Positions 1 through 8,458 of a stretch of DNA of 28,694 nucleotides are shown one piece after another. Source of the stretch: a virus. Its lineage: Duplodnaviria > Caudoviricetes. A model generated the notes under the pieces. The model was not told where the DNA came from and ran no database searches. It worked only from the letters and a program-made list of their open reading frames with translations. The translations under genes and the position numbers were made by a program. The first letter of the stretch is position 1. Each line of letters opens with the position of its first letter. The DNA lies in IMG/VR virus record IMGVR_UViG_3300047275_000809, positions 1 to 28,694 of that record, one strand, 5' to 3'.

Positions 1-350
1 TCAGCCAAGAACTGGAGAGCGCCCTCAACCAAGCCTTCGCCTTTGCCGCCGAATACGTCGGCCTGGAACCGCCCGAAATCACCATCGACCGCGACTTCGA
101 CTACTACCGCCTGATCGGCCAAGACGTTTCCGTCCTCACCCAGCTCAACCAACTCGGCAAGATCAGCGACGCCATGCTGCTGGAGATCCTGCGTCGCGGC
201 GAAGTCCTCCCGGACAACATCAACATCGAGGACGAAGCCGAGGCCGCCGCAATGGACGCCACCGCGCTAGTCGAAGCCTCCGAAAACACCGGCGACGACG
301 ATATGGAAGAGCGCGCCGCCAATACAATGACCACATCGGAGGCTGAGTGA
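1..350 (+). CDS. Portal protein, C-terminal part (DUF4055-like), 5' truncated by window
   Basis: Frame starting at nt 3 is open to TGA 348-350 and reads SQELESALNQAFAFAAEYVGLEPPEITIDRDFDYYRLIGQDVSVLTQLNQLGKISDAMLLEILRRGEVLP followed by an acidic tail. This is the I..DF / G.IS....L.RG.VL pattern of DUF4055 portals. It lies upstream of the head genes and is not in the ORF track. Confidence 0.8.
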   Translation, partial: SQELESALNQAFAFAAEYVGLEPPEITIDRDFDYYRLIGQDVSVLTQLNQLGKISDAMLLEILRRGEVLPDNINIEDEAEAAAMDATALVEASENTGDDDMEERAANTMTTSEAE

Positions 351-351
351 C

Positions 352-690
352 ATGGCCGTCTACCCTGGCACCTTTAACATCCGCCTCCAGCGCCGCGCCG
401 ACTACAGCCTGTCCCTCCAACTCAAGGACAGCACTGGCACCCCAATCAACCTAACCAGCTGGACCGCCTACGCCCAAGCCTGGAACCGCGACCGCACAAC
501 AAAATACGCCGACTTCGCTATCACCTACACCGACCGCCCCACCGGTCAAATCGCCATCGCCCTCACCGACACCCAAACCACCTCATTCCCCAACGAATGC
601 TATTACGACGTCCTGCTGGAGAACCCCAGCGGACTCCGTGAGTATTACCTCGAAGGCACAATTTACGTCTCCGAGGGCTACACAGCATGA
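352..690 (+). CDS. Small beta-sandwich virion adaptor protein (BppU N-terminal-like)
   Basis: 112 aa: NIRLQRRADYSLSLQLKDSTGTPINLTSWTAYAQ...GQIAIALTDTQT...YYDVLL...YLEGTIYV. GGAGG lies upstream and the stop overlaps the next start (ATGA). Confidence 0.7.
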   Translation: MAVYPGTFNIRLQRRADYSLSLQLKDSTGTPINLTSWTAYAQAWNRDRTTKYADFAITYTDRPTGQIAIALTDTQTTSFPNECYYDVLLENPSGLREYYLEGTIYVSEGYTA

Positions 691-2327
691 CCACCGTAAA
701 CATTGACAACGACTACAGAATCGTCGTAGTCAACGACAGCAACGGTGACACCGCGATCGTCACCGCCCCCAGCCCCGCGGTCATCGTCGAAACCACCGGC
801 CTGGGACCCCAAGGCCCGGGCGGCATCGTGGCGGCCTACGCCAACATCATCGACACCACCGACCAACCCCTAATCAGCACCACCGCCGCCCAAGCCCTCA
901 CCCTTAACACCACCCTTGAAAGCCGCGGCATCAGCGTCACCAACAACAGCCGCATCAACTTTGAACTCGCTGGAACCTACAAAATCCTCGCCTCCCTCCA
1001 AATCACAAACAACAGCAACGACATCAGCGAAGTAAACGTCTTCTTCAAACAAAACGGCACCACTATCACCAATAGCAACACCCGCATTGACCTAGAACCT
1101 CGCAAATCGGTCAGCGAGGTTTATCACGGCTGCTTCACTATTGAATTTCAGCTAACAGTCGCCAACAACGACTACATCGAGCTGTACTGGGTCGCCGACC
1201 ACCTCGGCATCACTATTGACACAATTCCCGCCGACGCGTATCACCCCCAAGCCCCCAGCGCCATCGTCAACGTCGCCCAAGTCATGTACTCCCAGGCCGG
1301 AGTACCGATTGGCGGCAACACCGGCGACGTCCTAGTCAAATCCACGGGCGTCAACTACGACACCGCCTGGACCGACGCCCCAACAGTAGACAAGCTCGGC
1401 CTTGACCTAACTGCCGCCGAAACCGTCAGCCCCGGCCAACTTGCCTGGAACGCCACCGAAGGCACGCTCGACGTCGGCACCCCCGGCGTCACCTACCAAC
1501 TGGGCCAAGAGCTGGCCTTCCGCTGCAAGAACGTCTCCGCCGACGTGATTACCGACGGCGAAGCCGTCATGTTCATGGGCGCCGACAGCACCACCGGCCA
1601 CCTTGAAGTGGCCCACATGATCTCGAACGGAAGCGTCCCCGGCTATGCGTTCTTCGGCGTCGCCACCGAGCCCATCGCCGTTGGAGCCATCGGCTACGTC
1701 ACCACCCTCGGCAAAGTCCGCGGCATCGACACCAGCGCCTACCCCGAGGACTCTGTGCTCTGGCTGGATCCTGCTGTCCCCGGCGGCTTCACGCTGACCG
1801 AGCCTGCTGCGCCCGCGCTGAAAGTCCCAGCCGCCGCCGTCGTTAAAAGCCACCCTACCGAGGGCATCCTTTTCGTTCGCGCCGAAACCGGCCGCACCAT
1901 CGCCCAATGCCACGACGTCGAGATCGGCCTCGGCGCCCAAGACCGCGAATATCTCGGCTGGAGCGAGGCCATGCAGCACTGGATGCCGCTCCCCGTCCCT
2001 AATGCCGCCCCGCGCTCGATCACAATCGCCGGCCCTAAATCAGGCGACAACTTCACACTCTTCCGCACCGACGTCGAAACCACAATCAACACCGTCACCG
2101 CCCTCGTCAGCGGCACTAGCCCCAGCGTCACCTACGAAATCCGCTACGCCGCCAACCGCACCTCCGCCGGAACGCTCGCCACGGTCAGCGAAACAGTGAC
2201 CAACACAACAACCGGCGACACCGCCACCGTCCAAAACCAGCCCATCCCAGCCAATTCCTACGTCTGGCTGGTGATTACCTCAGTCGCGGGTACAGTAGGA
2301 GAAATGAACGTCACCATCGCTTTCTGA
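687..2327 (+). CDS. Mosaic fibre/decoration protein (GPQGP linker, C1q/BclA-like domain, capsid-cement-like domain)
   Basis: 546 aa, beta-rich. Motifs: GLGPQGPGG, RINFELAGTYKILASLQI...NDYIELYW, GVPIGGNTGDVLVKS...YDTAW, FFGVATEPIAVGAIGYVTTLGKVRGIDTS. Confidence 0.65.
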   Translation: MTTVNIDNDYRIVVVNDSNGDTAIVTAPSPAVIVETTGLGPQGPGGIVAAYANIIDTTDQPLISTTAAQALTLNTTLESRGISVTNNSRINFELAGTYKILASLQITNNSNDISEVNVFFKQNGTTITNSNTRIDLEPRKSVSEVYHGCFTIEFQLTVANNDYIELYWVADHLGITIDTIPADAYHPQAPSAIVNVAQVMYSQAGVPIGGNTGDVLVKSTGVNYDTAWTDAPTVDKLGLDLTAAETVSPGQLAWNATEGTLDVGTPGVTYQLGQELAFRCKNVSADVITDGEAVMFMGADSTTGHLEVAHMISNGSVPGYAFFGVATEPIAVGAIGYVTTLGKVRGIDTSAYPEDSVLWLDPAVPGGFTLTEPAAPALKVPAAAVVKSHPTEGILFVRAETGRTIAQCHDVEIGLGAQDREYLGWSEAMQHWMPLPVPNAAPRSITIAGPKSGDNFTLFRTDVETTINTVTALVSGTSPSVTYEIRYAANRTSAGTLATVSETVTNTTTGDTATVQNQPIPANSYVWLVITSVAGTVGEMNVTIAF

Positions 2328-2330
2328 CGA

Positions 2331-2750
2331 ATGGCCACCTTCAACAAGTTCCACTCCTTCGTTGAGGCCCTGGCCGAGAAGGTACATAACCTCGGCAGCG
2401 ATACCTTGACCGTGGCGCTTAGCGACTCTGCCCCCGTTGCAACCTACACGCAACTGAGCAACATTACCCAAATTAGCTATACCAACATCCAAAACGGCAC
2501 CACCACCGGCCGCAATCTGGCCGGCGTGACCAGCGCCCAGACCAGCGGCAGCTACAAGCTCGACGCCAACGATCTGGTGCTTACTGCTACGGGCAGCGTT
2601 CCGACGTTCCGGTACGTCGTGCTGTACAACGACACCGCCACCAACGACGAGCTGATCGGCTGGTACGACTACGGCGCTGCGGTTGACCTGCTGAACGGTG
2701 AAACCTTCACGATCACCTGGGACGCTGCTGGCATCCTGACCCTGGCCTGA
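2331..2750 (+). CDS. Small virion fibre subunit (possible gp80-like 'bead' protein)
   Basis: 139 aa: MATFNKFHSFVEALAEKVHNLGSDTLTVAL...FRYVVLYNDTATNDELIGWYDYGAAVDLLNGETFTITWDAAGILTLA. This type of phage structural protein usually precedes a long repeat protein. Confidence 0.65.
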   Translation: MATFNKFHSFVEALAEKVHNLGSDTLTVALSDSAPVATYTQLSNITQISYTNIQNGTTTGRNLAGVTSAQTSGSYKLDANDLVLTATGSVPTFRYVVLYNDTATNDELIGWYDYGAAVDLLNGETFTITWDAAGILTLA

Positions 2751-2772
2751 TAACTGATACGGAGGCGGGACC

Positions 2773-4545
2773 GTGGCTGTTGCCCATAGTGCTGCCTCAG
2801 AGTCCCATACAGGGACAACAGGCTCAACCAACCAGACAGCGTTCAGCTGGACGCATACGCAAACGGGCACGCCGCAGGGTGTGCTCGTTTTTGTGCATGT
2901 TGCCAACAGCACGGGCAACCCGGTCAGCAGCGTCACCTACGGCGGCGTGACGCTGGAGCGAGTCTCGGGGGGTGCTGCGATCGACAGCGCTGGCGAGGCC
3001 GGCCGGACTGATCTGTTCTTCGCTGGTTCGGGCCTAGGCGCCGGCAACCAGACGATCACGGTCAACCGGGCCAACACGACCAACATCATGTATGCGTCGG
3101 CTGCCACGGTGACGGCGGCCACGGATACCAACGTCACAGGCATTGTCCTACTGCAGGGTGATGGCGCCCTAACGGTGCAAAACGTCACTGATGGCGGCGC
3201 ACCAACCAACAGCCTGCGCTATGCAGCGGCCTACTCAGGCCTCGCAGCACCACCGCCGGCTGGCACCGGCAGCACGCTGCTGAACTCGATCGACTTCGGC
3301 AACTACGGCATCGCGCTAGTCCGCGAGACCACGGCCGGCACTGGTGCCCGCAACGTCGGCTTCAACAACGCCACCACCGACGACCGGGCAGCAGTCCATG
3401 TCGCGGTGCGGGAGCTGTGGAACCGCACTGATACGCAGACGGTTGGCGCCTTCACGCTGACGGGCAACGCCGCCACCTTCACCAAGGCCAGCCCGAAGGT
3501 CATCACGGGCGAGACGGGTGCTTTCACCCTGACGGGGCAGCCGGCTGATCTACGCCACAACCCGGACATCGCGGCGGGCACTGGTGCCTTCACACTGTCC
3601 GGCCAGCCAGCCGACACCCGCCACAACGTCGTCATCGAGGGCGGCACTGGGGCGTTCAGCCTTACCGGCAACGACACCACCCTGACCGAGGCGACGCCGA
3701 AGGCGATCACCGTCGAAACAGGCGTTTTCACGCTTACCGGCAATCCTGCCGCCGTCACCCGAGGCTACGCAATAACCGCCGAGGCCGGCACGTTCACTGC
3801 TGCCGGCCAACCGGCAACCCTGCTCCACAACCCCCGCATCGAAGCCAACACCGGCAGCTTCGCGCTGTCGGGTGGCGCCCCTGTCCTGCTGCGCGGTCGC
3901 TACCTAAGCGGTGGCGCTGGCACCTTCATCGAGACGGGTCAGCCGGCCACCTTCCGCCGAACCTGGGCGGTTCAGGCGGCCACCGGTGCGTTCAGCTTCA
4001 CCGGCAACCCGGCCAGCCTCACCGAGCTTGGCGCCTACGAGATCGACCCAATCGTTGGCGCGTTTTCGCTGACAGGGCAGCCGGCGTCTCTGGCCCAAAG
4101 CCAGACCTTGCCGGCGGCCACCGGCACGTTCAATCTCACTGGCCAACCAGCCGCACTAATCCAGGGCTACCGCCTCGAAGCCGGCACTGGCGCATTTGCC
4201 TTTACAGGCAACCCGGCCGCACTTACCACCCAAGCCGCTGCCGAACTCCAAGCAGACCTCGGTACCTTTGCACTCAACGGCCAACCCGCCGCCTTTACCG
4301 CAACCCGCCAGCTCTCCGCATCCACTGGCGCGTTCACCTACACCGGCAACGCCGCAACCCTCACAGCAGGCGGCGCCCCAACCCTGTCCGCCGATACCGC
4401 CAACTTCACGCTAACCGGCAATCCGGCCACCTTCTCCTTTGTCAATGTCTACTCCCTCTCCACAGCTACCGGCATCTTCAACCTGACTGGAACACCTACC
4501 GCCTTTAACTACGACCAACGCCGCCGCGTCATTTTGATCTTCTAG
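2773..4545 (+). CDS. Fibre protein: N-terminal ~215-aa globular beta domain plus 16 repeats of 22-24 aa
   Basis: GGAGG at 2761-2765 precedes the GTG start. Repeat consensus G(A/T)F(T/S)LTG(Q/N)PA-x(12-14). Confidence 0.75.
   Translation: MAVAHSAASESHTGTTGSTNQTAFSWTHTQTGTPQGVLVFVHVANSTGNPVSSVTYGGVTLERVSGGAAIDSAGEAGRTDLFFAGSGLGAGNQTITVNRANTTNIMYASAATVTAATDTNVTGIVLLQGDGALTVQNVTDGGAPTNSLRYAAAYSGLAAPPPAGTGSTLLNSIDFGNYGIALVRETTAGTGARNVGFNNATTDDRAAVHVAVRELWNRTDTQTVGAFTLTGNAATFTKASPKVITGETGAFTLTGQPADLRHNPDIAAGTGAFTLSGQPADTRHNVVIEGGTGAFSLTGNDTTLTEATPKAITVETGVFTLTGNPAAVTRGYAITAEAGTFTAAGQPATLLHNPRIEANTGSFALSGGAPVLLRGRYLSGGAGTFIETGQPATFRRTWAVQAATGAFSFTGNPASLTELGAYEIDPIVGAFSLTGQPASLAQSQTLPAATGTFNLTGQPAALIQGYRLEAGTGAFAFTGNPAALTTQAAAELQADLGTFALNGQPAAFTATRQLSASTGAFTYTGNAATLTAGGAPTLSADTANFTLTGNPATFSFVNVYSLSTATGIFNLTGTPTAFNYDQRRRVILIF
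3445..4506 (+). repeat. Coding tandem repeat, 16 units of 66-72 nt (GAFTLTGQPA-type)
   Basis: Units counted in the translation from GAFTLTGNAA to GIFNLTGTPT. They are diverged at the DNA level. Confidence 0.85.
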
Positions 4546-4576
4546 TAAGGTAGAACCGTCCAAGTAATACACAATC

Positions 4577-5284
4577 GTGCCCGAAGATCTTCAAGCGCCC
4601 ACCCCTCCCGTGGAGACTGGAGCGCCTCAGCCTGTGGCTGACACCCCCGATCTGGCCGTCCAACTCGAAGCCCTTCGTGCGAAGAACCAAGAACTGATCG
4701 CCGAGCGCCGCAAGGACCGCGAAAACCGCGAAACCCTGCAAAAACAACTCGACGAAATCCGCGCCGCCCAAGAACAAGCCAAGACCGCCAAACTTGCCGA
4801 ATCCGGCGAATACAAAACCCTCTGGGAAGAGGCCCAGCAAACTGTTGCCGCCCTCAAACAAGAACTCGCCACCAAAGAATCCGAGGTGGAGCAAATCCGC
4901 CAGGGCTTCACACAAGAACAACTCCGCGCCAGCGCCATCGCCCAACTCTCCCAGGCTGGTGCATTGGCACCCGATCAGCTGTATCGTCTATTGCAGGAGA
5001 ACCTCCGCGCCAAAGAAGGTAAGCCTGTGGCTTATGTCGGCGGCGTTGAAGTTCCGATCGGCGAGTATGTCGCCAACTTGAAGAACCCCGGCAGCGGTTA
5101 CGAGCATCATTTTGCAGCTACGAATCGCGCCGGCATGGGTGTAGCAGGCAGTGCCCGCTCCACCGCCCTCCCCGGTCAAGCCAACCCGTGGTCTAAGGAC
5201 AGCTGGAACATCACTCAGCAAATGATGATGCTCGCCAGCGACCCCGACAAAGCCCGGCTGTTGAAAGCCGAAGCCGGCCTCTAG
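4577..5284 (+). CDS. Capsid scaffolding protein
   Basis: 235 aa with a long coiled coil (LEALRAKNQELIAERRK...GEYKTLWEEAQQ) and a C-terminal NPW...QMMML motif. It lies directly upstream of the capsid gene. Confidence 0.85.
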   Translation: MPEDLQAPTPPVETGAPQPVADTPDLAVQLEALRAKNQELIAERRKDRENRETLQKQLDEIRAAQEQAKTAKLAESGEYKTLWEEAQQTVAALKQELATKESEVEQIRQGFTQEQLRASAIAQLSQAGALAPDQLYRLLQENLRAKEGKPVAYVGGVEVPIGEYVANLKNPGSGYEHHFAATNRAGMGVAGSARSTALPGQANPWSKDSWNITQQMMMLASDPDKARLLKAEAGL

Positions 5285-5296
5285 CCCCTGTGGGGC
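5284..5296 (+). promoter_or_regulatory. Triloop hairpin GCCCC-TGT-GGGGC in the capsid leader
   Basis: Perfect 5-bp stem right at the scaffold stop; one of several C-NGT-G hairpins. Confidence 0.55.
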
Positions 5297-5328
5297 ACCT
5301 CCCCAACCGACTCCACCGGAGCTAACCG

Positions 5329-6444
5329 ATGTCTTCTTTTGCAGGTAACTACGGCGCAGGTTCAACCTTCCTCACGAACCTCGTCACCCGCCCCGAGTTC
5401 CTTCAGTACACCGCCGAGGGCATCTTCGAGCAATCGAAGTGGATCCAAAGCGGCATCGTGCAGCGCAACGCTGCACTGGACGCCCGTGCTGGCGGCACCC
5501 GCGTGCGCGTGCCTTTCTTCGACCCCATCGCCCCGACTGAGACCCAGATCCTCAGCACCAACACCTGGGGCGGCGGTGGCGGCTATCTCGTTCCCTCGAA
5601 CGTGACGGCCGACGAGCAGATCATGACGATCCTGCACCGCGGCTTCGCCTACGCCGCTGACGACCTCAGCAAGCTGGGCTCTGGTGCCGACCCCCTGGCC
5701 CACGTCCGCAACCAGCTGACCGCCGCCATCAACAAACTGAAGACCGCCACCCTGGCTGCCCAGCTGCTGGGTCTGTTCGGCGGCATCAGCGGCGCCGGCG
5801 TCCTCGGCCCCAACCAGACCGACAAGTCCTTCGCTGGCGTCCCCGGCTCCATGCTGGAGGGCAACTTCCTGAATGTGGCCAACGTGGTGGCTGCCAAGGC
5901 CAAGCTGGGCGAGCGCGGCGACGAGCTTGACTCGATCGCCATGCACTCCAACGTGGCGTACTACCTCCAACAGGTAGGAATGCTGGTTTTCAGCACCTCC
6001 TCCCTGGCCACCGGCGGCGCCATCACCTGGGCTGGCGGCGGCGTGGGCGTCACTGCCCCTGAGGTCGCCACCTTCGCCGGCCTCCGCGTCGTGATCGACG
6101 ACCAACTGACTGCCCTCACCGGCGGCACCGCCACCCACGCCAAGAAGTACCCCGTGTACCTCTTCAAGTCGGGCGTCGTGTCCGAGGGCGTGCAGCAGGA
6201 TCTGCGCCTCGCCGCAGACCGCAACATCCTCTCCATGCAGGATGTGCTGGCCGTCGATTACCACTACGGCTACCACATCACTGGTACCAAGTGGGCCGCC
6301 GCTGGCGACAACCCGGACAACACCACTGGCGCCGGCAACCTTGCCGCCACCGCCAGCTGGAACCTGGTGTACTCCACCACCAAGATGGTGCCCATCGCCC
6401 GCCTGCTGGTCAACACTCCGTTCGACACTTCTGCCTACGCCTGA
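5329..6444 (+). CDS. Major capsid protein
   Basis: 371 aa: RPEFLQY...SKWIQSGIVQRNAALD...RVRVPFFDPI...ILHRGFAYAADDLSKLGSGADPLAHVRNQL...DRNILSMQDVLAVDYHYGYHITGTKW. Strong codon bias, followed by a terminator. Confidence 0.9.
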   Translation: MSSFAGNYGAGSTFLTNLVTRPEFLQYTAEGIFEQSKWIQSGIVQRNAALDARAGGTRVRVPFFDPIAPTETQILSTNTWGGGGGYLVPSNVTADEQIMTILHRGFAYAADDLSKLGSGADPLAHVRNQLTAAINKLKTATLAAQLLGLFGGISGAGVLGPNQTDKSFAGVPGSMLEGNFLNVANVVAAKAKLGERGDELDSIAMHSNVAYYLQQVGMLVFSTSSLATGGAITWAGGGVGVTAPEVATFAGLRVVIDDQLTALTGGTATHAKKYPVYLFKSGVVSEGVQQDLRLAADRNILSMQDVLAVDYHYGYHITGTKWAAAGDNPDNTTGAGNLAATASWNLVYSTTKMVPIARLLVNTPFDTSAYA

Positions 6445-6463
6445 TTTCAGCCGTAGTCAAAAC

Positions 6464-6495
6464 AAAGGCCCCCGAGTTGGGGGCCTTTTCTTTTT
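6464..6495. terminator. Bidirectional intrinsic terminator after the capsid gene
   Basis: AAAGGCCCCC-GAGTT-GGGGGCCTTT followed by TCTTTTT, with an A-run upstream. It sits between convergent genes. Confidence 0.9.
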
Positions 6496-6778
6496 ACCCA
6501 ATCTGCGCCAGTCGCAACTTTTCCTGCGCCTCAAACACATCGTTCGTATTCATCGTCATTTTGTACGACTGCAGGAACAACTGGTTAATCACATCAAAGC
6601 TGACCTGCAGCTGCTCATGAATCTCCTGGGTCGTCGCCAGCTCTTCATTACGCAGCCGCCGAATCTCAGCCGCCACATCTTCCAGCTTGCGCACAGTTTT
6701 ACCGGGCAGCGCAGGATTGGCCTTTTCCGTTTTGGTCTCTACGCTGACCTCGGCATCAGCGCTTTTACGAGCAGGCAT
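6494..6778 (-). CDS. Antisense hypothetical protein, HTH-like
   Basis: 94 aa. IRRLRNEELATTQEIHEQLQVSFDVINQLF resembles a helix-turn-helix. It has its own -10 (GCTATCCT on the - strand, hexamer 6805-6810) and ends in the terminator. Confidence 0.7.
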   Translation of the reverse strand: MPARKSADAEVSVETKTEKANPALPGKTVRKLEDVAAEIRRLRNEELATTQEIHEQLQVSFDVINQLFLQSYKMTMNTNDVFEAQEKLRLAQIG

Positions 6779-6971
6779 GAAACTGGTACGTCTCTACGTG
6801 TTACAGGATAGCCGCCGCAGCTACGAGGACATTCCCTACGGCCCACACCTGGAACGCATCGCCGAGATCGAAATGTCCGGCGGCGACGTCTACCACGCCA
6901 GCCTGCTTACACCATCGGCCCCAGCAAGGAAATTCCGCACACCGGCTAGACTCAAACAAAGACCGATGTAG
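6777..6971 (+). CDS. Hypothetical protein (64 aa, MKLVRLYVLQ...)
   Basis: The ATG at 6777 overlaps the divergent gene's start, and the stop is 2 nt before the next GTG. No upstream promoter was seen. Confidence 0.45.
   Translation: MKLVRLYVLQDSRRSYEDIPYGPHLERIAEIEMSGGDVYHASLLTPSAPARKFRTPARLKQRPM
6945..6952 (+). promoter_or_regulatory. -10 box GCTAGACT for the head-tail joining genes
   Basis: TAnnnT hexamer about 21 nt before GTG 6974; member of a recurrent motif. Confidence 0.55.
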
Positions 6972-6973
6972 CC

Positions 6974-7504
6974 GTGCCCGCTGCTATTGATGCCACTCTT
7001 AGCGGCGCCGCGGCCAACTCGTACGTGACGTTGGCGGCTGCCGACACCTACTTCGAGACCGTCCCCGACAGCAGCACCTGGACGGATAAAACCACCGACG
7101 CCAAAAACCGCGCCTTAATCTCCGCCACGCGCTGGATCGACGCGCTCAGCTTCTACGGCGACCGCTGCACTGAAACCCAAGCGCTGAAGTGGCCCCGCGA
7201 CAACTACACCGTTGACGGCGTAGACCTCGCCTGCAGCCTGATCCCTCAGGGCATCAAAGTTGCCACCTACGAACTGGCACGTGCCCTCGCCAACGACACC
7301 GACTCCATTACCAGCACCAGCGGCACGGGCAGCGTCTACGACGAAGTGGAACTCGGCGACCTCCGCGTCAAATACAACAAAGCCACCCAGACCTCAGGCG
7401 TCATCAACAACGTCTTCGACGTCTACCCTTGGCTCCAGTCCTACCTAGGCCCTTACTGCATGGGCGGCGCCGGCAACCATGCTGTCCGCCTATTCCGAGG
7501 ATGA
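6974..7504 (+). CDS. Head-tail adaptor (DnaT-like family)
   Basis: ANSYVTLAAADTYF...RALISATRWID...QALKWPR...IPQGIKVATYELA; located after the capsid gene. Confidence 0.8.
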   Translation: MPAAIDATLSGAAANSYVTLAAADTYFETVPDSSTWTDKTTDAKNRALISATRWIDALSFYGDRCTETQALKWPRDNYTVDGVDLACSLIPQGIKVATYELARALANDTDSITSTSGTGSVYDEVELGDLRVKYNKATQTSGVINNVFDVYPWLQSYLGPYCMGGAGNHAVRLFRG

Positions 7505-7505
7505 C

Positions 7506-7883
7506 ATGAGCCTCGTAGACACTGTTTTCGCCAGCATCCCCGCCCCCCTCATCTCTGACTGGGGCCAAACAGTCACGTACATCAAAACCTCTACACCCCG
7601 CAACTACAACCCCACCACCGGCAACGTTGACGGCGCCGACGTAGAACTCTCCGTCAAAGCCGTCATCACCAATCTCTCCGCCCGCGAATCCGAAGGTCTC
7701 TACCAATCCACCGACCTGAGAATGATTATCAGTGCCAGTGAGCTTGGCGCTTACTACCCCACCGAAGCCGACCGCATCCGCTACACCCAGGCTGGAGAAA
7801 CCCGCGAGGCCAAGATCGTGGCCGTCACCAGCTACCGCGGCGACTCCCCCATCATGCACACTTTCATCCTGAGACCCCAGTAA
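7506..7883 (+). CDS. Head closure/stopper protein
   Basis: Likely start is ATG 7506 (MSLVDTVF...WGQTVTYIK...YNPTTG...EADRI...FILRPQ); synteny supports the call. Confidence 0.7.
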   Translation: MSLVDTVFASIPAPLISDWGQTVTYIKTSTPRNYNPTTGNVDGADVELSVKAVITNLSARESEGLYQSTDLRMIISASELGAYYPTEADRIRYTQAGETREAKIVAVTSYRGDSPIMHTFILRPQ

Positions 7884-8458
7884 TGGCGATAAATAACCTT
7901 TTACGACTGGTACGTCAGCTGGATGAGGTGGCTGCAACAACGGTCTACAACGGACCAAAAGCCTGTGCCGAACGTGTAGTCCGTGAACTGCAACAAGCTG
8001 GACCTAGCTGGAGCGGACAGTTTTCTAATTCGTGGGAAATAACTACTCCTTCCCGTACAGCATCAGGTGATGGAGGTAGAGGAGAACCTCGGCCCGTGTA
8101 CACCCCTCCAATCACCGGCCGCGAAGCTGCCACGAGTTTTATTACACGCAACAGCGTCGTATTTCGTATTAGCAATAATGCCCCGCACGCCCTTGAAGCC
8201 ATTGATGCTGTCGAGCATGGCCGCGAGTACTGGGCGCGCCGCTCCTCAGCTGCTCCTCAAACACAACTCGGACAACGTAAATGGGAGGTATTGCCGCAGG
8301 CTCGCCAAAATGCAAGTTACCGCGGTCAGGTAGGCGGCGGTGGTGACGGTGTTTCCACGCGGACGGCGCCACTGGACTGGTTTGCCACTTATGCCAGTGC
8401 CAATCTTAATCGTGCGGTACAGATTGCAATGGACTCTGCTATGAATCGCCTGCGATGA
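7883..8458 (+). CDS. Neck/tail-completion protein (HK97 gp10-like)
   Basis: LQQAGPSWSGQFSNSW...FRISNNAPHA motif; synteny; overlapping stop/start. Confidence 0.65.
   Translation: MAINNLLRLVRQLDEVAATTVYNGPKACAERVVRELQQAGPSWSGQFSNSWEITTPSRTASGDGGRGEPRPVYTPPITGREAATSFITRNSVVFRISNNAPHALEAIDAVEHGREYWARRSSAAPQTQLGQRKWEVLPQARQNASYRGQVGGGGDGVSTRTAPLDWFATYASANLNRAVQIAMDSAMNRLR

Noticed and set aside
4094-4100. CCCAAAG in the repeat fibre gene
   Set aside because: It is read GCC CAA AGC, the wrong phase for -1 tandem slippage.
3445-4506. 66-72-nt periodicity as a CRISPR-like array
   Set aside because: The units are diverged in-frame protein repeats with no identical DNA repeat or spacers.
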